A stretch of 64,000 nucleotides of DNA from Sedimentisphaerales bacterium (GCA_963708075.1 OY970194.1:800001-864000), one strand, 5' to 3'. Positions 9,795-18,664 are shown, counted from the first letter of the stretch. A program made the numbers and translations. The notes: generated by a model from the letters alone, not told the origin.

Positions 9795-11189
9795 ATGATA
9801 GGCAAGATTGCCAAGTACATAGTGCAGACGCCCAGACTGGCGATTCGTACTTTCGGCCGGCTGAACTGGCCGGTACGGATCGCCGTTGTGCTGGCGGGCG
9901 TCGGTGTGTTCAGCGTGACAGCGATTGAGGTGACCGGGCAGCCCGGGTTCTGCAATTCGTGCCACATCATGAATTCATACTACGACAGTTGGACTCACTC
10001 GAGCCACGCCGACGTGAAGTGCCTCGAATGCCATCTGCAGCCGGGCTTCGCCGGACTCATCAAGGGCAAGATCAACGGCCTGGCCCAGGCCATCGACTGC
10101 GCCGTAGGGCGCGTCGGCACAAAGCCCAATGCGACAATCAAGGATGCCTCCTGTCTGCGATCGGAGTGCCACAGCACGAGCGAACTGGCGGCCAAGCCCA
10201 TCGACTGCAACGGCGTTCGCTTCGCTCACGACAAGCACATCGACAAAGTCGTCGACGGAATAAAGATCACATGCGGGACCTGCCACAGCCATTTTGAAGG
10301 GAACGACCATTTCAGCGTGGACCACAACGCGTGTTTCGTGTGTCATTTCCTCGGCAGCAGCGAGACCGCCGGCCGACCGGTTAAAACCAACTGCCAGGGC
10401 TGCCACAAAGTGCCGGACCAGGTCATCCGGCGGGGCTTTGTCAAAATCGACCACAGCGACTTCGTATCCTACAAAGCCAGTTGTGAGGAATCCTGCCACA
10501 AGCGGGAAGTCCGGCCGGCAAGCCAAGTGGAGGATACGGTCTGCCTGAACTGCCACGATTTTGGCAAACCGGCGGATGCAAACAGCCTGGAGCTGCATGA
10601 AAGCCACACGAATGGTGAAAAGGTGCAGTGCTTCGCCTGCCACGGAAAGGTGCCGCATGGCCAGACCCGCGTGGAGTCGGTGTCCGCGATGATGGATTGC
10701 CAGAGCTGCCACAGCGATACCCACCAGGTCCAGCGCACGATCTACAGCACGGAGCATCCCATGCAGCCGGACAAGACGGATCGGGTACTCAGCCCGATGT
10801 TCATGACCCACGTGGAATGTACGGGCTGCCATATCGAGAGGACGGCAAAAGCGTCGGGCATGCTCGACAGTTTCGGGACAGTCGCCCGGATGTCGCCTGC
10901 CGCGTGCGATCGGTGCCACGAACCGGGGACCGGACAGAAGTACGTGCCGTTCTGGCAGGATCGGATCAAGAAACTGTATGAGCAGGTGGAACGACACATC
11001 AAAGAGGCCGAGGCGCTCGCCCTCGCTCAGGCTGGCGAAGAAAAATCGCGGGACTTCAATCTCCGGGTTCAGCAGGCCAGGTCCATCCTCGATTCGATCC
11101 GCTATGACGGCAGTTGGGGCGTTCACAATTTCAAGTACACCGAGGCCCTGCTTCTCGAAGCAGACAAGATGGTTTCCAACGGGAGTTAG
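9795..11189 (+). CDS. Membrane-anchored NapC/NirT-like multiheme cytochrome c (12 heme motifs)
   Basis: N-terminal TM helix, then QPGFCNSCHIM...SSHADVKCLECH. 10 CxxCH plus CLRSECH and CEESCH. C-terminal helical DGSWGVHN motif. Confidence 0.88.
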   Translation: MIGKIAKYIVQTPRLAIRTFGRLNWPVRIAVVLAGVGVFSVTAIEVTGQPGFCNSCHIMNSYYDSWTHSSHADVKCLECHLQPGFAGLIKGKINGLAQAIDCAVGRVGTKPNATIKDASCLRSECHSTSELAAKPIDCNGVRFAHDKHIDKVVDGIKITCGTCHSHFEGNDHFSVDHNACFVCHFLGSSETAGRPVKTNCQGCHKVPDQVIRRGFVKIDHSDFVSYKASCEESCHKREVRPASQVEDTVCLNCHDFGKPADANSLELHESHTNGEKVQCFACHGKVPHGQTRVESVSAMMDCQSCHSDTHQVQRTIYSTEHPMQPDKTDRVLSPMFMTHVECTGCHIERTAKASGMLDSFGTVARMSPAACDRCHEPGTGQKYVPFWQDRIKKLYEQVERHIKEAEALALAQAGEEKSRDFNLRVQQARSILDSIRYDGSWGVHNFKYTEALLLEADKMVSNGS

Positions 11190-11191
11190 AC

Positions 11192-12343
11192 ATGTGCGTA
11201 CGTAAGGAATACGGACGAATACGGGCGGCAGTGGCTGTAGCCTTCTGGATTGCGGCGTTGACTGTCACCGCGACGGCTCAACCTGCCAGTCCGCACCATC
11301 AGTTCCTGGGCGGGCCGTGGGAGGTCCTGGTCAAGCTGGGACTCGAGGGTGCCGGAGTACGCATCCCCGTGTCCATCGCGGATGAGAACAAGCCGCAGTC
11401 GCTCGGAACGGTGACGCCGGTGATGGGAACGCCCATGAAGGTGAAGCTCGAACGATACCTGCCGGACATGAAGCGGGAAACCACCGCCGTCGCAGACCCC
11501 AATGGCGGGCCGGTCGCAAAGCTGTCGTTGCGGGGCGAGAATCTCCAGCAGGACATCTGGCTCTCCGCTCGCGACCGTGAGAGGCAATCCGTATCCGCCG
11601 CCGTCGGGAGCGTCGCAATCCGGGAACTCCCTGGGTCGGTGGATGCTTCCATCCTGCAGGAGTTGACGGAGCCGGAGGTTGTGGGCGTCCTGCTCGTCTG
11701 GCTCTCGGAGACGAGCCCTCCGCTTGCATACACGGTCAAGCCGGGCAAGGTAATAGCGCTGCCGGGGTCTCCCTGGAAGCTCTCGATCACCCGGTACGTT
11801 CCGCACTACAGCATCGACCGGCAGACGAAGGAAGTGACCAGCCAGTCGGATAAGCCTGAAAACCCGGCGGTCGAGATCCGTGCACAGAACGACACGCAGG
11901 ACATCCGACAGTGGCTGTGGTCGCAGTTCGCGATGTCGCCGCACAAGACGCAGCAACTGCCGTTTCGAGTCAGGTTCCTGGATTTCCACGTGAGTGCCGC
12001 CGCGAGCCGATACCTTCTCGTGGTGGCGCCGGGCCCGCGATCTCACTTGCTCTACCTGAAGGATGGCAAGAAGCACATCGAGCCGGTCGAGATGGGCAAA
12101 CGGCATCTTTTCGACGACAAGCGGTATTCTTTCGCCGTCGAAGAGGTGCGGCCGGAGGCGAGGCTCGAAACCGCTTGGCAGAATGGCTCAGAGGTGCTCC
12201 TGCATCCTGCGATTGTGGCAACGATTACGCAAGGCAACGCCGACGAGCAGGTCGTGCTGGAGTTGGGTCAGCCGTTCCACCACAGGACAACTACGGGGAC
12301 TCTTGTCGTGCTGTACAGGCATGTGCCGGACGCTGTGAGATGA
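11192..12343 (+). CDS. Secreted/periplasmic hypothetical protein, beta-rich, no heme motifs
   Basis: Signal peptide ending ATA-QP. Recurrent (N/H/G)P(A/V)-hydrophobic motifs are loosely reminiscent of ResB periplasmic domains. Starts 2 nt after the upstream stop. Confidence 0.7.
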   Translation: MCVRKEYGRIRAAVAVAFWIAALTVTATAQPASPHHQFLGGPWEVLVKLGLEGAGVRIPVSIADENKPQSLGTVTPVMGTPMKVKLERYLPDMKRETTAVADPNGGPVAKLSLRGENLQQDIWLSARDRERQSVSAAVGSVAIRELPGSVDASILQELTEPEVVGVLLVWLSETSPPLAYTVKPGKVIALPGSPWKLSITRYVPHYSIDRQTKEVTSQSDKPENPAVEIRAQNDTQDIRQWLWSQFAMSPHKTQQLPFRVRFLDFHVSAAASRYLLVVAPGPRSHLLYLKDGKKHIEPVEMGKRHLFDDKRYSFAVEEVRPEARLETAWQNGSEVLLHPAIVATITQGNADEQVVLELGQPFHHRTTTGTLVVLYRHVPDAVR

Positions 12344-12422
12344 TCCGCAAATCGAGATACATCCTGTTGTTCACGGACGGGAGGACAAGTACCCGTGCAA
12401 GAGGCACGTGAGGAGTACTGAT

Positions 12423-13781
12423 ATGACAGGTGTCTGGAAACGCAATTGTATGGCTGCCGCTGTGCTGGCTGTGGTCTTCGTGGCTCCGGCGTGGGGCGTA
12501 GAGAAGCCGACCTCGTCGCAGAAGACGTGTGTCACGCAGGAGTGCCACGCGGACTACGCGAAGAAGCCGTTCGTCCACGGGCCGACCGGCCTGGGCAACT
12601 GCGCGAGTTGTCATGACGAGGTGGATGCGAAGGCCCACACGTTCAAGCTCGCTCGGGAAGGCCGGGACCTCTGCGAGTATTGCCATCTCGACCAGTCCAC
12701 GAAAAAGCATGTCCACGAGCCTCTCAAGACGGGTAAATGCACCGATTGCCATGACCCGCACAGCAGCGAGAGCAAGGCAATGATTCACGAGAAGACCGTG
12801 GCGGAGCTTTGCGCAAAATGCCACCAGACCGGCAAGGACGTTCAGTTCATGCATGGCCCGGTGGCGGTCGGCGAGTGCACGATCTGCCATGCTTCGCATA
12901 GCGCGGACCGACCCAAGCTGCTCGTCGACGAGCCGGTGAATCTGTGTTTCTCCTGTCACGTGGTGACGAAAGACGAGCTCTCGCAATTCGAATTTGTGCA
13001 CGAGCCGGCGAAGAATGATTGCATCGGATGCCACAACCCGCACGGGGCCGACCATGCGAAAATGCTGAAAGCCGACGCGCCCGACCTGTGCTACTCGTGC
13101 CATGAGGACATCAAGAAGCTGGCCGAGACGTCGAAGCATAAGCACACAGCAGTGACGGAGAAGGACGGCTGCCTGCATTGCCACACACCCCACGCATCCA
13201 CAGTGCAGTTCGTCCTCAAGGACGCCCCGATGGCCCTGTGCGAGTCGTGCCACGACAAGCCGGTGACGACGGAGGACGGCAAGCCTGTCGCATCATTCAC
13301 CGCGCAGGTCAAAGACAAGAAGTCGCCTCATGGCCCGGTTGCGCAAAAGAACTGTGCCGGCTGCCACTCTGTTCATGGCAGCGAGCATTTCCGTCTGCTG
13401 ATCAAGGACTATCCTCAGGCGTTCTACGCACCGTTCAGTGTGGACAAGTACGGACTTTGCTTCAGTTGCCATCCGGAGAGTCTGGTGTTGACGGAACGCA
13501 CCTCCGAGTTGACGGACTTTCGCAACGGGGATCGGAACCTGCACTATGTGCACGTGAACAAGCAGCGTCAGGGCCGGACCTGCCGTGCGTGCCACGCGAC
13601 CCACGCGAGCGACCTGCCCAAGCACATCCGCGAGAGCGTGCCTTACGGCGTGTGGAACCTGCCGATTCAATACCAAAAGACGGACACCGGCGGCGGTTGC
13701 CAGCCGGGCTGCCATCAACCGTTCGACTACGATCGCCAATCGCCTGTCACATATCCTGTGTTGCCGGGTCCGCGACGTTGA
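12423..13781 (+). CDS. Periplasmic multiheme cytochrome c, paired-CxxCH type (15 heme motifs)
   Basis: AGGAG RBS, signal peptide AWG-V. 13 CxxCH plus CVTQECH and CQPGCH. Repeating HxP...CxxCHxPH...LCxxCH units. Confidence 0.93.
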   Translation: MTGVWKRNCMAAAVLAVVFVAPAWGVEKPTSSQKTCVTQECHADYAKKPFVHGPTGLGNCASCHDEVDAKAHTFKLAREGRDLCEYCHLDQSTKKHVHEPLKTGKCTDCHDPHSSESKAMIHEKTVAELCAKCHQTGKDVQFMHGPVAVGECTICHASHSADRPKLLVDEPVNLCFSCHVVTKDELSQFEFVHEPAKNDCIGCHNPHGADHAKMLKADAPDLCYSCHEDIKKLAETSKHKHTAVTEKDGCLHCHTPHASTVQFVLKDAPMALCESCHDKPVTTEDGKPVASFTAQVKDKKSPHGPVAQKNCAGCHSVHGSEHFRLLIKDYPQAFYAPFSVDKYGLCFSCHPESLVLTERTSELTDFRNGDRNLHYVHVNKQRQGRTCRACHATHASDLPKHIRESVPYGVWNLPIQYQKTDTGGGCQPGCHQPFDYDRQSPVTYPVLPGPRR

Positions 13782-13850
13782 GTCGTCGGCGGTACGGAAG
13801 GAGTCTCTTATGTTCGCGCAAAAAGCAACATACGGCCGTGGCGGCCCGCG

Positions 13851-14849
13851 ATGCTTGTCCTGGCGGCCTGCCTCGCATCACCGCTGGCGGGACAGGAGGG
13901 TCTGCGTCGAATCCGTGTGGGCGATACGATGCCCGAGTTCTCCCTGTCCGACGTCAACGGAACGACCGTGCACTATGGCGGCAAGGAGCCCCGGCCCATG
14001 GGCATTGTGATCCTTCAGGCCGGGCAGAGCCAGCGTGAACGACTGGTGGCGGACATTGAGGCCCTCGTTCAGAAACTCAGATTGGAGGGGGCCGTCTTCG
14101 ATTGTCTCGGGGTGATGACCGGCCCCGGCACAAGCGAATTTCTGCGTTCGCGCGACGCTGACGGAAGGGCGGCACTGCCGATATTCGCGGACCCCAATTT
14201 TGCGTTTTGGGGTCAGCTCGGCGTCATCGCGACTCCGACGGCCGTGGTCGTAGGGGCGGATCACAAGGTACAGTGGATCAAGGCCGGGTACGGGTATGAT
14301 TTCGTGGCCGGTTTTCACGCTCAGTTGAACAAGGCCCTTGGCCTGACGAATGTCACCGACGCATCCGTGCACGTGGAGACCCTGGCGAACAGTTCCGCCC
14401 GAGCCCGCCGGGATAGGCACATCCAGTTGGCAAGGACGCTTGCGAAGAAAGGACGGCTGGAACCCGCGATTGCAGAACTCGAGAAGGTGCGTGAGCTCGA
14501 GCCCAACGCCGTGGATGTTGCTCTGGAGCTTGGTGAAGTGCTGTGCCGGGCCGGCAAGAATGAGGCGGCGCTGAAGATCGCAGCCCAGGTCAAGGCCGAG
14601 TCGGACCCGGACAAGGCCCGTGCGATGCTGATCTCAGCGTGGGCCAGGCGGCAGATGGGCGACCTCGAAGCTGCGGCAGCGATTCTGACCAAGGCCCTGG
14701 CTCTCGATCCGGAATCGTCCCGCATTTTGTACGAGTCAGGCAAAGTGCATCAGGCCCGGGGAGAGTCCGAGAAAGCATTGACCTGCTACCGCCGGGCTCT
14801 GGCGGGGATTTTCGGCGAGGATGACGTAAGCAATGCCTCTCGCAAGTGA
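13851..14849 (+). CDS. Exported redoxin-fold (no CxxC) plus TPR protein
   Basis: VGDTMPEFSLSDVNG, LGVIATPTAVVVG and C-terminal TPR repeats. The real start may be the out-of-frame ATG 13810 (see findings). Confidence 0.8.
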   Translation: MLVLAACLASPLAGQEGLRRIRVGDTMPEFSLSDVNGTTVHYGGKEPRPMGIVILQAGQSQRERLVADIEALVQKLRLEGAVFDCLGVMTGPGTSEFLRSRDADGRAALPIFADPNFAFWGQLGVIATPTAVVVGADHKVQWIKAGYGYDFVAGFHAQLNKALGLTNVTDASVHVETLANSSARARRDRHIQLARTLAKKGRLEPAIAELEKVRELEPNAVDVALELGEVLCRAGKNEAALKIAAQVKAESDPDKARAMLISAWARRQMGDLEAAAAILTKALALDPESSRILYESGKVHQARGESEKALTCYRRALAGIFGEDDVSNASRK

Positions 14850-14908
14850 GAAAAGACGCCGAGAATATTCCCGCTTGTGAGATAGTGCATCTCTCTCGCT
14901 TATGGGAC
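14837..14908. promoter_or_regulatory. Three tandem palindromic sites (putative enhancer/UAS)
   Basis: CTCTCG-CAAG-TGAGAA (14837), TTCCCG-CTTG-TGAGAT (14868) and CTCTCG-CTTA-TGGGAC (14893). Confidence 0.7.
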
Positions 14909-14949
14909 TGCGGCAGAGGCTTCGTTGGATGGAGCCGGAAGTTGTTGTT

Positions 14950-14962
14950 ATTCAAGGCCTTA
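14950..14962 (+). promoter_or_regulatory. IHF-like site
   Basis: ATTCAAGGCCTTA has 1 mismatch to WATCAANNNNTTR and lies between the UAS and the sigma54 promoter. Confidence 0.45.
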
Positions 14963-15001
14963 GAGCGATTCGCGTGGCCGGTCGCCGTCTGTTGCTGATG
15001 G

Positions 15002-15017
15002 TGGCATGAGATTTGCT
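15002..15017 (+). promoter_or_regulatory. sigma54 (-24/-12) promoter
   Basis: TGGCATGAGATTTGCT has 1 mismatch to TGGCACGNNNNTTGCW, with exact GG-N10-GC spacing. Confidence 0.8.
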
Positions 15018-15183
15018 CAAGAATGGTGGGCGCGGTGTCTACACACGGTGCAGATGCATGGTGGTGAAGGCCACCGGCATGGGCATGGGCGTGGAGAAGT
15101 GGTAGAGTCTTGCCGGGATATGGCAGCTTGAATCAGCCAATCGGCATGTAATTGATGTATCAGTGGAACAGGAGGAGTGAGAA

Positions 15184-15804
15184 ATGCAGAACAGGTGGTT
15201 AGTACGAGTGGGCTTGGGCGTGATCGTTTCGAGTCTGTTGACGACACCGGCGGTGTGGGCGGCGGCCGCACATTCCGATCTCGTGGGCTGCGACGGCTGT
15301 CATGTGCCGCACAACGCGGACCAGCTTCCCGGTGTGCCGCTGTGGAACGGCAATGAGACGACGGTGACGTTCACGATGTACTCCAGCAAGACGTTCCAGG
15401 CGACCATTGACGGTCAGCCGAGCGGCGCGTCGAAACTCTGCCTCAGTTGCCATGACGGCGCGAACCCGAACTTCCTGTGGATGACGGATAACGAGAAGTT
15501 CGGGGCGGGCGAGTTGGCCAACAGCCACCCGGTTTCCTTCGTCTACGACTCCGCGTTGGCGGCGGCCGACGGGGCTCTGAAAGACCCGTCCCAACCCAGT
15601 ACGCTGGGTCGGACCATCGCCCAGGATCTGCTGGACGGGGACGGCAAACTGCAGTGCAACAGTTGCCATGATGTGCATACTTCCGGCGTGGGCAGGGCAT
15701 TGCGTGGCTACAACTACGGTTACGAGACCATCCAGAATGACGATGGCTCGAGTTCCCAAATGCACCACGGTCCGGAATTGTGCCGCATGTGCCACCTGAA
15801 ATAA
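15184..15804 (+). CDS. Secreted tetraheme cytochrome c, OmcE-like (candidate nanowire subunit)
   Basis: Strong RBS AGGAGGAG, signal peptide, then H...CDGCHVPH...PLWN...FTMYSS...SKLCLSCHDG...SHPVSF...CNSCHDVH...LCRMCHLK*. Confidence 0.8.
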   Translation: MQNRWLVRVGLGVIVSSLLTTPAVWAAAAHSDLVGCDGCHVPHNADQLPGVPLWNGNETTVTFTMYSSKTFQATIDGQPSGASKLCLSCHDGANPNFLWMTDNEKFGAGELANSHPVSFVYDSALAAADGALKDPSQPSTLGRTIAQDLLDGDGKLQCNSCHDVHTSGVGRALRGYNYGYETIQNDDGSSSQMHHGPELCRMCHLK

Positions 15805-15902
15805 AAGTCATCACACCAACCAGGTAAGGGGAGTGTGATCGTTAGCCCGGGATTGCCTGGCAAGTCCGGCGACGGGGATGGTGTGTCCGCTTTTAGGGAT
15901 AA

Positions 15903-15918
15903 TGGCGGGTCATTTGCT
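15903..15918 (+). promoter_or_regulatory. Second sigma54 promoter
   Basis: TGGCGGGTCATTTGCT with GG-N10-GC, about 38 bp before ATG 15956. Confidence 0.6.
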
Positions 15919-15955
15919 TCTAAAGGGGGCCCGTCGCATTGGACGAAAAACAGGT

Positions 15956-17401
15956 ATGTCGGCTAACAATCCATCACTCTGGAGGGGCATGGTCCTTGCC
16001 GTCGCATTGGCGGCAGCGATTCTTATCGGCGGATGCGGCTCTGCCCAGGAGCGACCGGACGCGAGCACCCCGGTCTTCTTTCCTTCCGGGCCGGAGAAAC
16101 CCCGGCTGCAGTTCCTCACCTCGTTCTCGGGCCCGGCCGATCTGGGCGCCGCCGGCGCCAGCGGGTTCGAGAAGTTCGTCCTGGGCGAGGAGGAAGAGAA
16201 AGAGGGAATAGCGACCCCGTACGGCTTGGCCGTCTTCGACGGCAAGCTCTATGTCTGCGACGTCGGCAAGAGGCGCGTCGAAGTGCTCGATCTCAGGAAA
16301 CGGTCCTTCGGGTACATGACCGAGGACCGGCGGCTGATGAATCCCGTGAACATCTGCATCGAGCGAGACGGGACGAAGTACGTGGCCGACCCGACGGCAG
16401 GAGCGGTTTTTGTCTTTGACGCGGGCAACACGTTGCAGGCGATCCTCGGCAAGGAACTGCGGATCAGCCCGATCGACGTCGCCATCCGCGGACCGCACTG
16501 CTACGTCACCGACTTCGCCGGCAACCAGGTCGTCGTGATGGACAAGACGACGGGCAAGGAGATCCGTCGGATGGGCGAGCAGGGCGACGGCGAGAATCAG
16601 TTCAAGCTCATCAGCGATCTGACTTTTGGCCCGGACGGGGACCTCTATGTGACCGACAAGCTGAAAGCCAGGATCTTCGACTTCGATTCCTCGGGGAACC
16701 TCAAGCGGACGATCGGCCGCCTGGGCGACAACATTGACGAGCTGGTGCGGCCCAAAGGTATCGCGCTGGATCGCGACAGCCGGATCTGGGTGATCGACGC
16801 AGGCGCCTCCCTGTCGCCTTCCGCGTGGTCCACGGAAGTCGCGAAAATATACGACCCCCAGGGTCGCTTGTTGCTGTTCTTCGGCCGGCCTGGGAACGAG
16901 CCCGGGAACATGAACCTTCCGGCCAAAATCATCCTGGACTATGACCATGTCGACCTGTTCAAGCACCGCGCCGTGCGGGGGGCCGACATCAAATTCCTTG
17001 TGTTCGTGTCGAACCAGTACGGCCCGGCCAAAGTAAACGTGTACGGCTTCGGTGACTTTCCCGTTCCTGACAGATCGAAAGAGGTGACGCAAACGCCGCC
17101 TGTGGAAAAAAGTCCGCCGGCGGAATCGGTCCGTCCCGCGGAGCCATCGGCCAAGGCGGTCGCACCTCAGTCGGGGCAGCAGACCGGCGAAGCCCAGCGA
17201 TTGCAGCAGACCAGGACAATCGCCGATCTCTACTACCAGAGTATGGACCAGTATCGTGCCGGTCGGCTCGAAGAGGCCCGGTCGGGGTTCGTGAAAGTCA
17301 TTGCCAGCGGGCTGATCCCGCCTCCCATGGAGGAAACACTCAAAGGGTACATCAAGGACATCGATGGGCGGCTCGCCCGCCAGCGCAGCGGACAGCGTTG
17401 A
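15956..17401 (+). CDS. NHL-repeat beta-propeller lipoprotein with C-terminal TPR-like helical domain
   Basis: Lipobox IGGC, FFPSGPEKPRLQFL, NHL repeats (PYGLAV, PKGIALD...IWVID), a Pro/Gln linker and a helical tail. Confidence 0.88.
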   Translation: MSANNPSLWRGMVLAVALAAAILIGGCGSAQERPDASTPVFFPSGPEKPRLQFLTSFSGPADLGAAGASGFEKFVLGEEEEKEGIATPYGLAVFDGKLYVCDVGKRRVEVLDLRKRSFGYMTEDRRLMNPVNICIERDGTKYVADPTAGAVFVFDAGNTLQAILGKELRISPIDVAIRGPHCYVTDFAGNQVVVMDKTTGKEIRRMGEQGDGENQFKLISDLTFGPDGDLYVTDKLKARIFDFDSSGNLKRTIGRLGDNIDELVRPKGIALDRDSRIWVIDAGASLSPSAWSTEVAKIYDPQGRLLLFFGRPGNEPGNMNLPAKIILDYDHVDLFKHRAVRGADIKFLVFVSNQYGPAKVNVYGFGDFPVPDRSKEVTQTPPVEKSPPAESVRPAEPSAKAVAPQSGQQTGEAQRLQQTRTIADLYYQSMDQYRAGRLEEARSGFVKVIASGLIPPPMEETLKGYIKDIDGRLARQRSGQR

Positions 17402-17482
17402 TTGGCGGTGCGATGAATCTGAAATGGGAATGAAGGTGGCGTTCGCAGGGAGGCTACGATTGAGAATTTGGATGTCAAATGT

Positions 17483-18664
17483 ATGCGGCAGCCTGCGCAT
17501 TGCGATCCGGTGCGACTTCGGATGATCCTCATCCTGCTGGGATCAGGATTAGCGATGATGCTCTTGCTGCTGTCCAGTTGCGACGAAGTCGAACGCCACA
17601 AAGTGTTGACCTTCTTCTTCGATGGCGTTCCACCGCTGCAGACGCAGACGTCCGAGACGCAGGTAACGGCCCTGAAGGACAGCAAGCCGGGGGACATTGC
17701 GCCGGCAGGGGGCTGGCACGTTCACCCGCCGTTGAAGAACTGCGTCAACTGCCATGGCGATCAGCGGCAAACGGGTTTCTCCCGTAAGGTGCAGTTGGTG
17801 GCGCAGGTGCCCCAGTTGTGCCACAAATGTCATGACGAGTTTTCCACCCTGGAGTCCTGGGTGCACGGCCCGGTCGCGACGGGTGACTGCCTGGTTTGCC
17901 ACGAGCCTCACAAGACCAAAGCCGAATTCCTGCTCAGGAAGCCGGTCCCCGAACTATGCTATCAGTGCCATGAGGTCCAGGCGATTCGCATGGTCAAAAA
18001 CCACGACGGGGAAGCGTACTCATCCTGCACGGATTGTCACGATGGGCACGCGGGCGCGACCCGGAGCCTTCTGCGGCAGACGTTTCTGGAGAAGCCGGCG
18101 GGTCTGGAGTATCAATCCGAGATCCATCGCCGCAAGTATGAAGAGGCGGCCAGGAAAGCGAGGAGCGATCTGTTGCAGGGGCAGGATTTCCTGGCGTTCT
18201 CCGGCACAATCATCGAGTACCTCCAAGGCGGTCAACTGTGGCCGGCCAGGGCGTATCTCGAAGCCCTGATGAATAGTGACCTGATCATGGATTCCGAGAA
18301 ACCTCTCGTGGCCGATAGCCTGCAAAAGGTGATTGATGTGCAGACGAAGCCGCCAACGGAGCCCCAGGAAGGTCAGGAGCTTGAAGACCCGTCCAGGGAC
18401 GTCGGGGAATCGGCGGCCGCCGCACTCAAGGCCATTCGGGATCAAAGAAGCGAACAGGCCAGAAAGGTCGCCGAGCTCTACTATCGCAGCCTCCAGCAGT
18501 ACCGCGCCGGGCAACTTGTGGAAGCTCGGGAGGGCTTTCGTCAGGTTCTCGGTGCCAGTTCGCTGCCGGCGCCAATAAAGGAAACGGCTCAACAGTACCT
18601 CGACCAGATAGAGCAGGCGTTCATCCAGAAGCAGGAGCAGTCCGGCTGGCGTTTGCTGAAGTAG
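17483..18664 (+). CDS. Pentaheme cytochrome c lipoprotein with helical C-terminal domain
   Basis: Lipobox LSSC followed by LTFFFDGVPP. Heme motifs CVNCH, CHKCH, CLVCH, CYQCH, CTDCH. Start uncertain (17468-17522). Confidence 0.88.
   Translation: MRQPAHCDPVRLRMILILLGSGLAMMLLLLSSCDEVERHKVLTFFFDGVPPLQTQTSETQVTALKDSKPGDIAPAGGWHVHPPLKNCVNCHGDQRQTGFSRKVQLVAQVPQLCHKCHDEFSTLESWVHGPVATGDCLVCHEPHKTKAEFLLRKPVPELCYQCHEVQAIRMVKNHDGEAYSSCTDCHDGHAGATRSLLRQTFLEKPAGLEYQSEIHRRKYEEAARKARSDLLQGQDFLAFSGTIIEYLQGGQLWPARAYLEALMNSDLIMDSEKPLVADSLQKVIDVQTKPPTEPQEGQELEDPSRDVGESAAAALKAIRDQRSEQARKVAELYYRSLQQYRAGQLVEAREGFRQVLGASSLPAPIKETAQQYLDQIEQAFIQKQEQSGWRLLK

Noticed and set aside
15054..15131. His-rich leader peptide MHGGEGHRHGHGRGEVVESCRDMAA in the 5' UTR of the OmcE-like gene
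   Set aside because: No RBS and no attenuator structure that I can support; likely chance.
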